DNA of 64,000 nt from the human T2T-CHM13v2.0 reference genome, Homo sapiens (GCF_009914755.1 NC_060933.1), one strand, 5' to 3'. Positions 15,765-30,198 are shown, counted from the first letter of the stretch. Numbers and translations are program-made. The notes: generated from the sequence alone by a model not told the origin.

Positions 15765-16074
15765 CTGCAAATAGGCCGACACATGCACAGGCTTACACTG
15801 ATAAAATGTGCTCTCTGCTTTCTGAGACAGAGACTTTTTCTGTTAGCTTAGTGAACTTTGGTTTTCATTTGTTTTAGATGCCTTTAATTATTTTTCATTA
15901 ACAACTATTCCCAGGTTTTGGATCGATTGGTTGACTGTCCTTTCCTAGTTTTCATTTTTCTCTACTTTAGAAAATTCCATCATCATTTCACAGATGAGCC
16001 ACGGGTGGGTTGGTTGGTTGGCTTGCATGGAGGTCTAAATACGTACGTTGCTGTGAAGAAGGTCATATCTGTTA

Positions 16075-16870
<796 letters not shown>

Positions 16871-18107
16871 TGATTCTATGCACAGTACTACATTTAGCCA
16901 AGCTGGAGGACAATAGCGCTCGAGGTCCTGCTGTCCCTCCTAGCTCAGCGGAGGCAGTGTGGTGGAGTAGAGAGCACCCTCAGACTGATGTCAGGGGTCC
17001 TGAGTCAAGCCCTAGGCCATCCCTTAGTTTTTTCACTAATAAAAATGTTTTAATTAAAAGACCTATTAGTATCCAAGAAGATCTTCAAGGTATAAAAAAG
17101 GGGAAAAAAAAGTGTGTGTGGAGAGGCTCAGATGAGTTAACAGGTCTGAAAATGTCATGGTTATGGGAAGTAGCAGAGACAGGGTCCAAACACACAGGGT
17201 CCAAATGCGTTGGGTGTCATCTGTGAAATGGGAAATGAACAGTAGGCTTCTCCAGCAAGAGAGAGCAGTCTGGGAAGCAGCAGAGGTGAACCCTGGTCCC
17301 CAGGGTCCTGCTGGCAAACCAATTCTTCCCTCTGAACTGGCTCCCTCTGGGGGGAAATGGGGGCTCTGGACTAGGCAGTCCCCTGGCCACGCCATTGGGT
17401 GACTCCGCAGAGAAGGTCTGCAGCCAGCAGACCTGAGTTTAAATGTGGATCTGCTGCTTCCTAGTAGTGTCGTTTGGGTAAGTCACTTAATCTCTCTAAG
17501 TCCTTCTCTATAAAATGGGGATAATGGTAATACCTACCTCACAGGTTAAATGAGAAAGTCCTTGTGAAGTACTGAACACACAGCTTGATATGCAGTAGTA
17601 AAAGTTAGCTATTTCTATGAACTACTTTTTGTAAGGATTGAATGAGATGGTGTAGGTGAGGGGCCTGTATGCAGTAGGTGCTTAATTAACCACCGATACT
17701 CCCCTGCCCCTTTTAAACTCAGTTTTGGCAGAGTTTCCAGCATTCATGATTCCCTCTGGGGTGTAGGGTGAAGGGTGGAGAGTTACACAGAAAAGTATTT
17801 GAACTCCTTAAAGAATAACATTGTTTTCAGGCACTCATAAGCCATTTACAATTGCCCATTTACTTGTAATTAATGTCCATGCCAATTCTAACCAATTACA
17901 ATTCATTAACTTACATGCTCTCAGGACTTTACCTTGCACAGTTTTATTAGAGAATTAGCCAAACTTAGTGTAGTATTCCACCATAGTAATGATTATCCTG
18001 GCAATTCATAAAATGTACCCAGGCCGCTGTGTGAACGATGAGCCTCCATTTGCTCTGAGAGAGCAAATCTGAGACGGGTCTTTCTAAGGTTCTTGTCTTT
18101 CTGGTAG

Positions 18108-18155
18108 GTATTACTCAGCACAGAAATTCAGGAGACACAGACAAGTTCTTCCACG
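18108..18155 (+). other. TMOD1: TMOD1 5'UTR part of the first coding exon (exon 2)
   Basis: Acceptor ttcttgtctttctggtag ends at 18107; 48 nt precede ATG at 18156 (context ccacgATGt). Confidence 0.85.
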
Positions 18156-18275
18156 ATGTCGTACAGACGAGAACTAGAGAAATACCGTGACCTGGATGAA
18201 GATGAAATCCTTGGAGCCCTAACAGAGGAAGAGCTGAGGACCCTGGAAAATGAGCTGGATGAGCTGGACCCTGAT
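18156..18275 (+). CDS. TMOD1: Tropomodulin-1 exon 2, aa 1-40 (tropomyosin-binding N-terminus)
   Basis: Translates MSYRRELEKYRDLDEDEILGALTEEELRTLENELDELDPD; donor GAT|GTGAGT, phase 0. Confidence 0.98.
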
Positions 18276-18426
18276 GTGAGTAGGTGCTAAAGGGAAGCAC
18301 ATTGTCACTAGCGAGGGGACCTGGGGAGGGACAGGTGGATGCTTCCTAAAGCCACCACTTCCTTTTTCCTTCCATGGCAATGACATTGGTATAACTTTGC
18401 CTTTGCAGATTTTTCTTTTAATGTGT

Positions 18427-18461
18427 TGTATTAGGGTTCTCCAGAGAAAGAGAGAACCAAT

Positions 18462-18511
<50 letters not shown>

Positions 18512-18993
18512 GAGACAGAGAGAGAAGGGGAGAGAGAGATTTGTTATAAGGCTTTAGCTTGCAAGGCTATAGAGACCAGCAAGATCTGCAGTTGCTAAGG
18601 TGGAGACCCAGGAGAGCCAATGGCACAGTTCCAATACAAATACAAATAACCAGCAGGCCGAAGACCCAGGAAGAGTTGGGTCTGGGAAAAGATGTTTTAG
18701 TTTGAATCCGAAGGCAGAAAAAAGCCAATGTCCCAGCTCAAGGCAGTCAGGCAGGAGGAAATTCCCGCTTACTTGGAGGAGGGTCAGCTTTTTTTCCCTA
18801 CTCAGGTCTTCAACTGATTGGATGCCCACCCCCCACCGCCATATCGGGGGAATAATCTGTGTTACTCAGTCTACTGATTCAAATATTGGTCTCATCCAGA
18901 AACACCCTCACAGACACACCCAGAAAAATGTTTGACCAAATGTCTGAGCATCCCATGGCCAAGTCAAGTTGACACCCAAAATTAACCATCACA
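18427..18993 (-). mobile_element. MLT2 (HERV-L) 3' LTR containing (GT)23 at 18465-18510
   Basis: Minus strand begins tgtgatggttaattttgggtgtcaacttgact and ends ggagaaccctaataca; purine-rich tract abuts it at 18994+. Confidence 0.88.
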
Positions 18994-20165
18994 GTCTACC
19001 CCTTGTCAACTTGGCACACATATACATCTCTTTAAACCATACTTAATTTCCAAATAAAGACAGTAACGATGTCATAATTCTGCCTAACATGATACAACTA
19101 TCCTGGGTACAATGGAAAACACACTATCACCTTCCCCAGAAGAGGAGGTAAAGTCCATGAGTGATGTTTATTCTTCTCCTTGCTGTCCTGTAACTTAAAT
19201 ATTATAATGTAAAATTAATGATACTTAAATCCTATTATACAAAGCCAATACACCAATAACAGTAAAGTCGGTATCAAACAATCTTGTGTTACATGATAAG
19301 GGAATAAGAGAGGGAAAAAGCAAAGATATTTGCTACACACACACACACAATACAAGTGTTCATAAAATAAGGAGGAAGTACTCATGACAATTACAGTCTT
19401 CATTTCTGTAACTACTCAGATAGTTGTAGCTGGTATTTATAACTACCCTGTTTCATTCCCCATTCTTTGCCTTTAGCAAGCACCTCAGCTGGTTGTGGTT
19501 CTTTACCCGATGGGGTGACCTAAGCTTTCATTTCTGAAAGGCCTAGGCCATTAGTAGTCCTGCCTGGATTAGTTTGTTGTAGTTTTCCATTGACCCTAAT
19601 CACAGGGCATGGTAATACTAAAAAACGCCCTAAGGGCTCTCCTGTATCCAGACATACTTTCTTACCTCCCTTGTGCAATAGCTATCCAATTTCTCCTTGG
19701 TAGTCAGCATCTGTCACCCCAGCCAGCCCAGTAACTCCCTTCTTTGCTCATTGATTCAGAGTCATGAGGAGCCCAAAGTGGCCTGGTGGCAGTTTTAACT
19801 TCCATTTTAATGGAATTGTTGTGTCTCCTAGTGGAACTTTGGTCCTTTGAAACTAAGACTTCTAGGCCAGCAGACCACAGGGTCATGGGAACAATGAACA
19901 AAAGTTTTGCTAGTGCATCACTAGGAGTAATGGTGAGTGGTGCCACTCCTATTTCCAATCTTGATTCCCTGACCCATGAATCCTAGCTATGGGAGAAATG
20001 GCATCCGCAATTGCCCACTGATTCAGAGCATATACAGCCTTCTGGAGAATGTTGCCCCGGCCTGTAAGGTGTGGCCACCTAGCTGGCACTGTAACTGAGT
20101 CTTCAAAAGGCCGTTACCCCGTTATATCGAGCCAGCAGCTTCAGGATGGTGGAGAACATGTGTCA
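18994..20165 (-). mobile_element. HERV-L internal fragment (decayed integrase C-terminus and dUTPase)
   Basis: Minus-strand HHPEAAG..GNGLLKTQL (integrase-like) and GVAPLTITPSDALAKLLFIVPMTLWSAGLEVLV (ERV-L dUTPase region). Confidence 0.85.
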
Positions 20166-20929
20166 TGGAATGAATGAGCTGAGAAATAAAGGACCAGAAT
20201 AATTCTTCTCATTTAATGTTTGATGTTTTATCATTGCATTTCATAGTTGGCACATTTAGAAGTGTGTTTAATACTCAGAATTCATCCCTGCAGTCAGGGT
20301 ACACAGTGTCAAGAGTCAAAAGTCTCTTTGGTTGTGTATGTGGTTTAGCAAGTCACACTAGAACTGTGAGCATGGGCATAGAGGGGTTCGTAGGTGGCCT
20401 CCTAGACAAGGGTCTTCATCCTACAGCTATATCCCAGGCACCCAGGTCAATAACCAGCACAGAGAAGGTAGATAATCAAAGTTACTGAACTGAGTAAATG
20501 TTCCATGTTATATATTTTTAATTAAAAATGGAATGTATCACACCCTTTTTTTAAACCAGCCATTGCTCAACTCTGGTTTAATAGTGATCCATAAAGAAAA
20601 CAACACTTCAATCTCACTCACCCAGAGATGGTCACTGCTAACATCCCGGGAGCACAGTTTGATGAAAAAATGCAGGACTAGAAGTTAGGTGTTTCGCTTC
20701 CAATCCCAACCCTGTCTCTTCCACTCCATGTGACCTTGGACCAAGCTACCATCCTTCCTAGACCTCAATGTCCCCAGCCATGGAATAGCAGAGTTGGTTG
20801 GTCATTTTCAGGGTTAAGCTAACCTGACTTATAATCTGGTCTTATACCCAGGTGTGATTAAGTGGCTTCATTCCAGATAACTCAGAATCCTTGCCTAGGG
20901 CTCTTGGGTCCCAGGCCCCATAGAATTAC

Positions 20930-21097
20930 ACATCTCTCCAACAGTGTGTCCTCCTCTTCCTGATATTCACGATCTTCCCCTGCCTGCCAGGAGAAGATGG
21001 TTTCCTGATGAGGCTGCTCAAGTTGATCAAAAGTCGGCATTGGTGGAAAGAGCCTTGCATTTCTCTTTCTTCCCCCGCATCATCTCTCCCCATTAGC
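20930..21097 (-). pseudogene. Pseudo-exon P8 (168 nt, phase 0 to 0)
   Basis: Acceptor cttgtttttactgaaacacag; ANGER*CGGRKRNARLFPPMPTFDQLEQPHQETIFSWQAGEDREYQEEEDTLLERC; donor TGT|GTAATT. Confidence 0.7.
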
Positions 21098-22510
21098 CTG
21101 TGTTTCAGTAAAAACAAGCCATGTAGGCAAGAAAAAAATCAAGCTGCAAAATTATTCTGTTCTAATTCTATCCTAGATCACTGTCACACAGAATTCCAAG
21201 AACAAACAACTTTATAAAGGGAGAACAAAAGAGGCATGTAGCCACTTCCAGTTAACTCAATAAATGTGACTCGGTTACCTGCCGAGCACTGTGCTGGGTA
21301 CCAACAGGGCAGCCTGGCTGGGACTCTGCCTTTCAGGAGCACAGGCTGGTGGGGACACAGGCATAATACACTGAGCTTGACACAGAGCAGACAGGAAGCT
21401 GTGCCAGGAGATTAACTCTTACTGGTGCAAGGCATCACAGAGCAGGTGATACTGGAACTGAGCTCTGGATTTTTTTAATTCCATGCCGAGTGAGGGCCTT
21501 TGAGAAAGGCCGCAAGGAGAGTGTTGTGTAGGGAAGGAATTGGGGATGGGAATCTTAGTGTGGTTTCTGTGGAGGGTCAGATGCGACTAGAAAGAGGGGT
21601 TGGGATAGATAACGCGGGGGAAGAGGGGGCGGCAAGGCCGACTGACGGGTTTAGACTTTGCTCAGTGGGTTCAGGGAGCCCTTGAGGGTCAGAGACTCAG
21701 AGGGGTTTTGGGAGCTGATGCTGGGGACACATGGACTGGAGGGGTGTCAGGGAGATGGGTGAGAGGTGGGAGGCGCTCCCGCGGGGGAATCTCTGCCATT
21801 CCCAGGGAGAAGTGCACCTGAGGGCCCTGCAGGCCTTTTGGGCTGTTTGAGTTGCCCTGAGATGCTGCATGGGGATGAGGTTAGGTCAGGCTGTGACCGC
21901 AAATAAGGCAGGTGATGACAAGGGTCAGAGCCAAGCGACAGACCTGGGAGTGGAGGGGGACAGATGGAGGAGGCCTCGCAGAACCCAAAATACATCCACC
22001 AGCAACTGCATTCTGTTTCACCCCCAAACTGGCAAAGAGCTCCCGCAGGTCTGCCACCCGACATATCAGAGCATCCAGCCTCAGCAGCAAATACCCAGGG
22101 CCCTGCAGCTCTCACACAGCCAGCTTTCCCGCCCAGGTGATTAGCAGGGAAGGGACACTCCACTTGTGCTACTGGAGGGACAGAGCACCTGGGGCTCAAC
22201 TTGCTGACGGTCGCAGGACCCAGGCAGGCACGGAGACTCGGATTTCAAACAGGCTCCAGAGTGTGTGCACCTCCCACTCTGGCAGGAGAAAAGTAATTGA
22301 GCACAGGGGTGTGGGAGCAGGCATGGGCCATCTGAGACCTGAGATTCTCAGACCACTGTGGTTTCCCAGTTGGCATTTTCAAAGACCCCTTTCTCTCTCA
22401 GTTCAAAGAAAAGAGAAGAGAAACCACAGAGAGGATAGGAGATAATGGAGGCCAGTGAGTTTCTGTCCCAGCCACACAATTGATCCCTTCATTAAGATCA
22501 GCTCTGTTAC

Positions 22511-22617
22511 CTGATTTGCAAGACAGTATGTGAGCTTCGAAAAGGCCTGGAGGGCCTCCCTTCTTTTGGAGAGCACAAACATTCCAGTTCTAGTTTCACC
22601 CTCCCTTGGCCCATGCT
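22511..22617 (-). pseudogene. Pseudo-exon P7 (107 nt, phase 1 to 0, fully open)
   Basis: Acceptor ctctccctgtgctgtgatttcag; EHGPREGETRTGMFVLSKRREALQAFSKLTYCLANQ; donor CAG|GTAACA. Confidence 0.75.
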
Positions 22618-23368
22618 CTGAAATCACAGCACAGGGAGAGGCCAAAGATATGCAGACAATGAGAGACTCCTAGCCAGCCAGCAGGTGTCTGCCCCTCCCA
22701 CGGCTTCAGAGCAGGAGCAGAGCCCAGAGAGGGGAAAGAACTTGGTCTAGGTCACACATCCAAGCAGAACCAGATCAGAACCCTGGTGCCTTGGCACCTA
22801 GGCCACTGCCCTCTCTGTTATAGTCCATATTCCTCCTGTTTTTGTTTAATGAGTGCTTAGATGGCACTCACTATGTGCAGGTGCTGTTCTAAGGAATTTG
22901 AAAATATTAACTTATTTGACCATCATGATGATCCTAGGAGGCAGGCGCTGTTATCATCCCCATTTTACAGATGAGGAAACTGAGAGGTGAAGTAACTTGT
23001 CCAAAGTCCCACAACTAGGCGATGGCAGAGCCACTGCGTGTGGGTCTGGAGTCCACGACGTAGCCATGCCACTCCAAGGCCTCATGGGAGTGTTCAGGGA
23101 GAGAGTTTAGACTGCAGATGTGCTCTGGTTTTGTGGTTGGGGGTCGCTGTAGGAAAATAATCCCTCTTTTTTCTGGGAAAGAGCCTGAGGTGCAGAAGTC
23201 CAGGTTCCAGTCCTGGCTCTGCTCTGGACTTGGGTACGTGATTTTCCTTCTTTGGATCTCAATTTTCCTGTCTGTAAAATGGATACAGTCGGCCTAGATG
23301 GCCTTGGAAGCCCCCTCTAGCTCTAACCACATATGATTTCTTTGAACCATTCCTGGCTGTCTTAGTAC

Positions 23369-23494
23369 CTGAATTCAACAAACACTTCAAGGGGTGACGT
23401 TTCTGGTTATGCAATTGTTAAGCCCCAGTGTCATGTGGCAGAATGGAGTACGAGGACTTGGAAAGCAGCTCTGTTTGCAGCAGAGGATTCCAAA
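23369..23494 (-). pseudogene. Pseudo-exon P6 (126 nt, phase 1 to 1)
   Basis: Poly-T tract then aacgtgcacaag|; WNPLLQTELLSKSSYSILPHDTGA*QLHNQKRHPLKCLLNS; donor CAG|GTACTA. Confidence 0.6.
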
Positions 23495-24315
23495 CTTGTG
23501 CACGTTAAAAAAAAAAAAAAAGTCCCCAAAACTTTCTATCTCTCTCTCTGGAAAAACTCGAGCTTATCATGAGATTGTTGCACTTGGACTCCCTCGGGAA
23601 AGGAATGCTTCATGTGCTAAAAGTATCCGCTGTTGACTGATTCCCCAGAGGATCTGCCCTTTCTCATCTCTCTGGAGTTAAGTGGATGCTGCTCTGAAGC
23701 AGAGCCAGCTCCTCAGTTCAGATTGCCTTTGTACCAGGCAGTGGGGGCAACACAGAGAGAGGTTTTGAGAATGACAAGTCATCGTGACTTCTGCAGGGAG
23801 CAGTGTACAGTTTTCATATGAGTAATAGACGCTCAATACTTCCTGGGTGTGCCATAAGCAAAGCCCTACGTGGATTATCTCATTTAGTCCTCTGGGAGGG
23901 TTCAGTCATTAGCCCCATTTTAAAGATGGAGAAGCCGAGGCTTAGAGATATAAAGTAACCTGCCCAGGATGCAATCTGAGCGGTGCTGGGATTCCAACCT
24001 AGACAGTCTTGGCCCAGTAACCTGTGCTGTTAACCCTGGGAGCACCTCTGAGACTAGCCCAGAAGGAAACTGAGAGAGCAGATTGGGGAATTATGCGTAA
24101 ATTCTTATTTCCAACTTGATTTCTTTTGAAGTTGTTATGTTATTTTCACAATAAATACTAATCTTTCAAGAAAAGAAGAATCCACCAACACAAGGAATTT
24201 AACTGTAAATATTGATTGTTAATGAGGATTTGGGGAAAGGCAGAACATTTTTTAAACTGTCTCAGTAAAAGGCTCAAAATATTCGCAGGAGAGAAGATGG
24301 TAGAGATAATTCAAC

Positions 24316-25166
<851 letters not shown>

Positions 25167-25239
25167 TGATCCTCATAGGATGAGGTTTAATGTCATTCTG
25201 TAGATAAAGAAATAGGTTCCCAGAATCACACAGCTATTA

Positions 25240-25684
<445 letters not shown>

Positions 25685-25932
25685 CTAACAGTACCCCACC
25701 CCAGGCATCTACATACGCGGTACCGGTAGAGAAAGCCTGATTTTGGAGTCTGTCCTGGACACACTTGGTGTTTTATGTATTTCATCAAATCCTCATACCC
25801 ATCCTGTGAGGTGTCATTATTACCATTTCACTGATGAGACATCCAAGCATCAACAAAACCCTGAAGTGGAAAGAGGGGTAAGGACTCATTCAAGGTCACA
25901 CAGCAAGTCAGCGGCCGAGCCAAGGCGCCCAC

Positions 25933-26127
25933 CTGGTACTTCCTGTCACTCCACATGGCTTCCCATCAGACGATCATAAAATCCTCCCTACTTGTGCCCC
26001 AAATCATATCCTTTAAGGCAAAGACACTCTTGCCATCCAGGAAGCAGCCAAGTTTGGTCCACAGGGCCGTGATTCTCCTTTGTAACACAAACCGGCAGAA
26101 TCGCAAGCCCAGGACAGAAGTAAACAG
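25933..26127 (-). pseudogene. Pseudo-exon P4 (195 nt, phase 1 to 1; acceptor reads AA instead of AG)
   Basis: tttatttctttccatttcaa| then VYFCPGLAILPVCVTKENHG...K*GGFYDRLMGSHVE*QEVP; another frame reads LWTKLGCFLDGKSVF; donor CAG|GTGGGC. Confidence 0.65.
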
Positions 26128-26899
26128 TTGAAATGGAAAGAAATAAATCTCTCCTCTAAAAATAGGCACACATCCTTAGAAACACTGCTGGCTGTGCACA
26201 GAGCCGAGGATGGGCCTGGTGGGGTGAGGGCAAGTCAGGCCAGGCATCTGTGTGTCCCCACCCTACCCTCTGCCCTCTGGACCCATGACCACCTCTCCCA
26301 ACCCCTCCTCTGGCTGGGGAACCTCCTCGACCTGGAACCCCTCACTTCCTCACATTTTTCAAGGCTTGACCTTTCCTCCCCTCCCTCGGGAAGCCTTTTA
26401 GACTCTTTCACCTTCACACCCCTAGCACAGCACCTGCTCCACCCTGGCAACACTGAGCTGTTTCCTATTTGATTTTGACATGTTGAATAGGAAACATTTT
26501 AAACACATAGGAGAGTACAGTATATACCTATTTTCTCATCATCTGAATTTAGCAAATGTTAAAATTTTGCCTTATTTGGTTCTGATCATTCTTAAAAAAA
26601 AAAAAGAAATCACTACAGATAAAATTTAAACCCTGCCTTTCTGTCTCCCTTTCTATTCATCATCTCTGCCACTCTACTGAGCGCTTTCTATTGGGAGGCA
26701 GCAAACCAAGTATCCACAACATCATGTAAGTGACCTACATGAAGGAAGGAAGATGGGTCAATTTTCTTGAGCCATGTGGTCATCTTGGCTTATCTATTAC
26801 TTTCTCACTTTATAAAGGTATGTGTATGTAAGAAAATGTTCACTTACCATTTACATTTTCAGAACTAAAAGCAACAGCAAAACCAGTGCTATGTAGTAA

Positions 26900-27200
26900 C
26901 TGACCGTGGCCTCTGTGTCAGAGAAAACAGGGAGTGGTGGGGACTGAGGCAAATGGGAGTTTGTCTAAAGCGCCCAGCATTTTCAGCTCCACTAATTGTT
27001 GCCGGTATGAGAGTGCAGACCTGGTATTGCCACGTCACCTAATGTTTCCAGAGATGTTGGAAATCTGGATTTTTAAAAAATGTATAAGCTCCTTATTTTA
27101 AAATGCTGACAGCTTATTTAAATGCACAGACCAAACAAACCCAACCAAGTGTTAGCTTTTAATTGGCCTGTAGGCCTCTCAGTTTGCAGCTCTGGTTCTA
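26900..27200. mobile_element. MER103-like DNA transposon remnant; a second copy in opposite orientation at ~31880-32120
   Basis: gggagtggtggggactg and ccccagtccccaccactccc motifs. Confidence 0.55.
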
Positions 27201-27764
27201 CCTCCTATGGCAGGTGTTTGTTTTAGCATAAAAAATAGACACATACACAAACATATACATGTGTGATTAGATGAAAAGCACCTAGCCCAGTGCCTGGCAC
27301 GTGGTGGTCCTTAATAAATGTGAGCCTGAGTATATGATTTGTCCACTAGAATCTAAGTTTTTTGAGACTGGGAACCATACTGTATGGCCACAGATACAGT
27401 GCAGCCAGGTATAGTTGTGCAAGTTGGACACTTTCTCCAGGAGACACTGTTCACATAGACTAGAGAGTGAATAATGTCCTTGGCTTAGTGCAGTGCACAA
27501 CCTGCACAACCAGATGTGACTGCCCTGACAGACCACCTCCATAATGCAGTGTCTGTTCAGTTGAATGAAAGTGAATGATCATACCCAGTGATGGTAAAAC
27601 TGAATAGCAAGAAGCTGCTTCCATATGGAGTTTAAACCTTTATTCTGAGGTTTCAAGATAAAAGGGCTCTGGACCCTCATTTTACAGATGGGGGATCCAA
27701 AACCAGAGAGCACCAGTGCCCCGTCTGTGGCCTCACAGCCCTGGGCTGAGAACCCAGGTTATCA

Positions 27765-28260
27765 GGTAGGGTGCAGCTTCGCTACAAGTAACAGAGACTC
27801 AGAATAATGTGATTTGTGCAGTGTTTTATCCATCCCTCAAGTAAAAGTCCACAGGTAGGCAATCTAGGGCTGGGATGGAGCTCAGCTCCCCAGACTTCTC
27901 AGAGTCCTAGATTTTGTCCAGCTCATCTTTCTGCCATTCCTAAGGTGTAGCCCTATAGCCATAATAGCCACATTCCAGGCATCCAAATAGAGAAAAAGGG
28001 ATGGGGAGGGGGAGGGATAAAAGAAAGGAGAAAAGCCATGATTCAAGTCCCTTTTAAGGAAAGTTACCAGAAATTGCCACTGGACATTTCTCATATCATT
28101 GCCTGGAACTTAATTATATGACTCAACCTAGCTGCAAGGGAGCCTGTGAAGTGTAGCCTTTAATCTGAGCAGCCAAGAGCTCAACTAAAAAGTGGAGGCT
28201 TTCTTTTATTGCTAAAGAAGGGGAAGCTTGAATCGGGGACGATTTGGAGTCTGTCACTGT
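27765..28260 (-). mobile_element. Old MLT1 LTR fragment
   Basis: cacctagctgcaagggagcctgtgaagtgtagcctt-type motif. Confidence 0.6.
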
Positions 28261-29676
28261 GGGTTCACTAGTGTGATGGCCTGATGTTCTACTCTGCTGA
28301 AAGCCCTGAGATGGATTGAGAGGAGTTGGCAGGACTTTAACCAAATCCAGGCCCTCAAAGTAAACATTATAAAGGTCTCACTCTCTAGCTTGGCATTTCC
28401 CAAAACCCACGACAGTGAACCTTGGTCTCATCCTAGACACTCCCCAACTCTGACATCTTTCATAATATGTCCCTCTCCCCAAAACCCAATTGGGGACAGC
28501 AGCTGGGTGGAAAAGCCAATGGCTTGGGACAGCAGGTGCAACATGGGCCTGAAGGGAGTCCAAGTCATACCATCCTGTTCCCAGCTGGAGCATCAGTGTT
28601 GTGTGACTGGACAACTCAGACCACATTCTCTTAGCACTCATGGCTTGGTGCTGGGGATTCAGAGAAAACTAAGATATATCCCAGCTGGCCCTTGAAGGGC
28701 ACCCAGTATCCTTAGGGAGAGAGATACAGCATAGATATGCTCCACAGAGTAAGATGAGCATTATTCAAGAACTGGCAAGATGCCTAGGGGAGTTTGGAGC
28801 AAGATTCACCAGGTCAGTTTGGAGAATCCTGCAAAGGCTGAACAGGGTGCCCAAGGGAAGGGCTTTGAAAGATGAATGCAGGGGAGCTGGAGTGACAGAA
28901 TTCCAGGTGGAAGGCACAGCCTTGAGCAAAGGCATGGCAGTGGGAGAGTGCAGGGCGTGGCTGTGGAATATGGAGCAGCCTGGAGTGGCTAGAACATGGG
29001 CTACTTGATGAAGGGAAGAGGCTCAGGAGGCTGGAGAGGTGGGAGTAGGTTGGAGTCAAATCATGAAAAGCTCTTCATGCCTGGCTGATGAATTGGTCAA
29101 GAATTCGTAGGTCAGGGAAGTTGGTGAGCATCTCCGAGTATGCTGGGGAGTGATGTGGTCAGGTACACATGTCAGTGGAGTCTAAGGAGCAGAGGTAGAG
29201 AGGCCTGAAGCAGGAAACCAGCCAGGAGGCTTCTCTGCTGGTCCCGGCAAGACTCACAAGGGCTGGAACGAGGGTGATGCCCACGGAAGGAGACATTTCG
29301 GAACACTGCAGCCTCAGACCCTAATGCCTCCCCTAGCAGGCCATGCCGCCCTCATCTGCTGGGCCTCTGCTGCACTGTGCTTTCTCTCTCCCTGCGATGC
29401 CCCTGCACTCCCTCTCTTCACCTGGCTGGCTCTTCCCTGGTCCCTCAGACTCAGTTCAGGACCACCTCCTCCAGGAAGCCCAGGGCTGAGTAAGGTGACC
29501 ACACCACTGAGATGTGTATCTCCCCTGTGGCTGTGAGCCCCTCTGGGCTGGGATCGTACCGTCATTGTCTCAGGATACCCAGTCCCCAGCACAACAGGAA
29601 CATGGAACATTTTCCCTGCACATGAGGCAGGAAAGGAGGATTTGGAGAAAGCCAGGGAGGGAAGGTTTGTCCCCAC

Positions 29677-29866
29677 CTTGAATACCAGAGAGAGACTGTG
29701 CTGCTATGACAAATAGGTACCACCACAAGCAATTATTGGGTTTCAGCTACAGGAGTGCCTTTGGACGTCGGCATTAATGCCCTGTAAAGTTGACTGGGGA
29801 AATGGCAGCTATTGAGTTTCACCAGCCCTGCATCAAGGTCAGGGCAGCTGAGCCAAAGGCCTAGCT
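29677..29866 (-). pseudogene. Pseudo-exon P3 (190 nt, phase 1 to 1 with a +1 frameshift near 29742)
   Basis: Strong acceptor ctcttcctccctctctttgctttctctccacaaag; ELGLWLSCPDLDAGLVKLNSCHFPSQLYRALMPTSKGTPVAE / PNNCLWWYLFVIAAQSLSGIQ; donor AAG|GTGGGG. Confidence 0.7.
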
Positions 29867-30023
29867 CTTTGTGGAGAGAAAGCAAAGAGAGGGAGGAAGA
29901 GTCCCAGAGTGTGTATGTTAGGGCAGAGGCTGTGTCTGGAGGGGGTGGGGCTCTTAGAGGTTTGGATCCTGCTGGTCCCTTTGTAACATCAAGACGCTGT
30001 GACTGAGGCAAGAGTTGGCTCAC

Positions 30024-30198
30024 CCCGCTGCCCCTGCCACACTCTCAGGCTAAAGTATGTGAGAAGAGCGCTCCACTGCATCATTTCCAGTGGGATCTGG
30101 AAGCTGCTGGACAGTAATGCAAAGGCAGAACTCTGTATATTGGGATGGGACCATAAGTGCCTAAGTTTTTCATAAGGAGAAACCGACCTGGCAGATAA
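30024..30198 (-). pseudogene. Pseudo-exon P2 (175 nt, phase 0 to 1, fully open)
   Basis: Acceptor ttttattttccag; LSARSVSPYEKLRHLWSHPNIQSSAFALLSSSFQIPLEMMQWSALLTYFSLRVWQGQR; donor GGG|GTGAGC. Confidence 0.7.

Noticed and set aside
21747-22445. Overlapping 150-177-aa ORFs on both strands
   Set aside because: GC-rich intronic sequence with non-ATG starts, no recognisable domain and no splice chain
23040-23165. Minus-strand acceptor attattttcctacag near 23148 as an extra pseudo-exon
   Set aside because: No convincing donor, early stop, non-hydrophobic translation, and it runs into a MIR
27584-27643. 60-nt minus-strand block ending TGG|GTATGA
   Set aside because: Poor acceptor and an immediate stop in the required phase; likely chance
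29677-29745. Signal-peptide reading of KPNNCLWWYLFVIAAQSLSGIQA as the protein start
   Set aside because: No ATG, and upstream blocks P2/P3 continue the frame, so it is better read as an internal hydrophobic segment after a frameshift
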